From contig CAZVLW010000002.1 in NCBI GenBank assembly GCA_964628705.1, positions 1 through 35,914 on the forward strand: a stretch of 35,914 nucleotides of DNA. Direction: 5' to 3'. The notes under the pieces were generated by a model, which searched no databases, had not been told where the DNA came from, and saw only the letters and a program-made list of their open reading frames with translations. The position numbers and the translations under genes are program-made. Shown piece by piece: positions 34,345 to 35,914 of the stretch. Each line of letters opens with the position of its first letter. Within the stretch, counting starts at the first letter, position 1. This stretch comes from an uncultured Gammaproteobacteria bacterium (GTDB taxonomy: Bacteria > Patescibacteriota > Patescibacteriia > UBA2196 > GWA2-42-15).

Positions 34345-34770
34345 TTATTTTTCAACTTCCAAACCCATTTGACGGGCTGTGCCTTCAACTATTTTCATAG
34401 CCGCCTCAACGTCATTCGCGTTTAAATCAGGCATTTTAATTTCCGCAATTTCACGAATTTTGTCACGACCCACCTTACCAACTTTTTCTGTATTTGGCTT
34501 GCCTGACCCTTTACTCACCCCGGCCGCTTTTTTTAATAGCTCTGCCGCCGGCGGTGTTTTAAGCTTAAAATCAAATGACCTATCTTCATAAACTGCGATT
34601 TCTACTGGTATCAACTCTCCGCCTTTATCTTTAGTAGCTTCATTAAATTTATTACAAAAATCTTGAATATTTAATCCGTGTTGACCTAAAGCAGGGCCAA
34701 CCGGCGGAGCTGGATTGGCCGCACCTGCTTTGATTTGTAGTTTAATAGTTGTTTCTATTTGTTTAGGCAT
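34345..34770 (-). CDS. rplK: 50S ribosomal protein L11
   Basis: [35 protein letters not shown] is the canonical L11 N-terminus. Confidence 0.95.
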   Translation of the reverse strand: MPKQIETTIKLQIKAGAANPAPPVGPALGQHGLNIQDFCNKFNEATKDKGGELIPVEIAVYEDRSFDFKLKTPPAAELLKKAAGVSKGSGKPNTEKVGKVGRDKIREIAEIKMPDLNANDVEAAMKIVEGTARQMGLEVEK

Positions 34771-34819
34771 AATTTAAATGTTAAATAATAAATGATTAGA
34801 TGGTTAGCTATAAAATATA

Positions 34820-34859
34820 CTTACTCCTTACTTCTTGCCCCTTATTTCTAATTCCTAAT
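34820..34859. repeat. heptanucleotide-period tract (CTTAC-like x6) in the nusG-rplK spacer
   Basis: CTTAC, CTTAC, CTTGC, CTTAT, CTAAT and CTAAT at 34820, 34827, 34834, 34841, 34848 and 34855, an exact 7-nt period. It starts 6 nt past the nusG stop on the transcribed strand. Confidence 0.8.
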
Positions 34860-34865
34860 TTTTTA

Positions 34866-35414
34866 TTACAATTTTTTAATTTGTAAAAAATCCAACTCCA
34901 CAGGCGTTTCCCTGCTAAACATTTGCACCAAAACTTTGACTTTACCACGCGCCTCATCCACTTCTGAAACCTTACCTTCCATATCCTTAAAGGGTCCATC
35001 CGTAATTCTAACCGCCGTTCCTTGAGTTACATTAATCTTATATTTTGGCTCTTCAACACCCATGCGCTTCTGCAACTCTTCAATTTCTTTATCAGACAAC
35101 GGAATAGGAGATGTACCAGAACCAATAAAACCAGTCACATTAGGCGTATTTCTCACTACATACCACGACTCATCATCCACAATCATCTGCACTAAAACAT
35201 AACCCGGAAATATCTTTTCCCTAACCTTATGGCGCTTGCCGCCCTTTATTTTAATTTTATTTTCTGTAGGCACTAAAACTTGAAAAATTTTATCACCCAC
35301 ATCCATTGAATCAATTCTCTGTTCTAAGCTTCTCTTAACATTATCTTCATAACCAGAATAGGTATGTAATACATACCATCTTTTTTCGCCTTGGTGTAAT
35401 GTTTGTCTTGGCAT
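34866..35414 (-). CDS. nusG: transcription termination/antitermination factor NusG
   Basis: KRWYVLHTYSGYEDNV NGN domain and a C-terminal KOW (GTAVRITDGPFKDMEGKVSEVD). Confidence 0.95.
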   Translation of the reverse strand: MPRQTLHQGEKRWYVLHTYSGYEDNVKRSLEQRIDSMDVGDKIFQVLVPTENKIKIKGGKRHKVREKIFPGYVLVQMIVDDESWYVVRNTPNVTGFIGSGTSPIPLSDKEIEELQKRMGVEEPKYKINVTQGTAVRITDGPFKDMEGKVSEVDEARGKVKVLVQMFSRETPVELDFLQIKKL

Positions 35415-35456
35415 ATTAAATAAATAATATTAAATTATAAAAATATTCAAAATATT

Positions 35457-35639
35457 TTAAATTACAAATTCTAATATCTTGTTAAAAATAAAATCCATCA
35501 ACCCTAAAAAGGCGGCCACTGCCAATGAAAAAGCAATCACTAAAATAGTGTAATTAGTGGCTTGTTTTTTAGTAGGCCAAACTACTTTTTTAACCTCTTT
35601 TTTAGAATCTTTAATATATTGCACTAATTTTGCAAACAT
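35457..35639 (-). CDS. secE: preprotein translocase subunit SecE
   Basis: The ATG at 35639 gives MFAKLVQYIKDSKKEVKKVVWPTKKQ plus a single TM. The track start at 35648 is TTG. The gene sits directly upstream of nusG. Confidence 0.85.
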   Translation of the reverse strand: MFAKLVQYIKDSKKEVKKVVWPTKKQATNYTILVIAFSLAVAAFLGLMDFIFNKILEFVI

Positions 35640-35755
35640 AAATAACAAAAAATTAATATATTGATTTATGAATTATCTTTCCCAAAATTTAATTACTCAA
35701 AAATAATAAATAATAATATTTTTTAATAAAAACAGACCTTGCGGCCTTCATATCC

Positions 35756-35784
35756 ACTATAACTTATATCGTCATATATGTCAA
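35756..35784 (-). promoter_or_regulatory. candidate sigma-70-type promoter upstream of secE-nusG-rplKA
   Basis: Minus strand: TTGACA (35784-35779), 17 nt spacer, TATAGT (35761-35756). Confidence 0.5.
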
Positions 35785-35817
35785 GTAAACAAGCTTGGAT
35801 ATCTCCCCCATCAGCCG

Positions 35818-35914
35818 TAAATTATCTTAATGGTTCAATTTCCCCACAAGGACATCTCTACGTTAGCAGGACTGTTCTTGGGTGTTAAATCCCCTTGCAC
35901 AAGGACAGTTCTGC
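35818..35914 (+). repeat. dispersed hairpin repeat, copy running off the window end
   Basis: TAAATTATCTTAATGGTTCAATTTCCCCACAAGGACATCTCTACGTTAGCAGGACTGTTCTTGGGTGTTAAATCC..., then a second unit start CAAGGACAGTTCTGC at 35900. It aligns with the reverse complement of 31530-31639. Confidence 0.85.

Noticed and set aside
31480-35914. Inverted copies of the dispersed repeat at 31.5 kb and 35.8 kb as ends of a composite transposon
   Set aside because: The interior is core housekeeping in the conserved order secE-nusG-rplK-rplA, plus the deaminase, kinase and tsaB-like genes. There is no transposase. A third truncated copy lies outside at 29.2 kb, which fits a REP/MITE-like family better.
35649-35914. 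Expected rpmG (L33) or tRNA-Trp gene upstream of secE, possibly below the ORF-track size cutoff
   Set aside because: Reading the minus strand of this region shows no L33-like frame (no CxxC...CxxC pattern) and no tRNA cloverleaf. It holds only a promoter-like element, a small hairpin and the dispersed repeat.

Overview
AT-rich 35.9-kb chromosomal window, transcribed almost entirely from the minus strand. Gene content and style fit a Candidate Phyla Radiation / Patescibacteria (Parcubacteria-like) bacterium: a PilB/PilC pilus operon with an oversized pilin, a Wzy_C-TPR membrane protein, an ECF sigma with a coiled-coil membrane partner, a four-helix-bundle 'IVS' protein, a wHTH-Cas2-like protein, and almost no Shine-Dalgarno sequences. 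This placement is inference. The standard code applies, since TGA ends rsmH, rplA, the kinase-like gene and the tsaB-like gene at sensible lengths. Housekeeping genes: dnaX (partial), mraY, secD, secF, mraZ-rsmH-ftsL-ftsI, a short tsaB-like gene, an NMP-kinase-like gene, dCMP deaminase, rplA, rplK, nusG, secE. Envelope and surface genes: pilB-pilC-giant pilin-GT2 operon, two divergent GT4 glycosyltransferases, the Wzy_C-TPR protein, a TPR protein, a 1212-aa secreted Ser/Thr/Asp-rich surface protein, and an upstream ECF sigma / membrane partner / SAM-methyltransferase trio. No rRNA, tRNA or spacer-bearing CRISPR array was found. The most unusual region is a 1.7-kb gene-poor island (14.5-16.2 kb). 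There a stand-alone wHTH-Cas2-like ORF is boxed in by two copies of a perfect 42-bp palindrome, with tandem-repeat arrays outside each copy. Other notable items: an IVS-like inverted-repeat cassette carrying a four-helix-bundle gene interrupted by an in-frame TGA; a dispersed hairpin repeat family (three loci); exact 7-nt-period CTTAC tracts in operon spacers; a parvulin-like insertion in SecD; and an mraZ promoter with GTGGG operator repeats. All functional calls rest on motif recognition by eye; no database search was possible.
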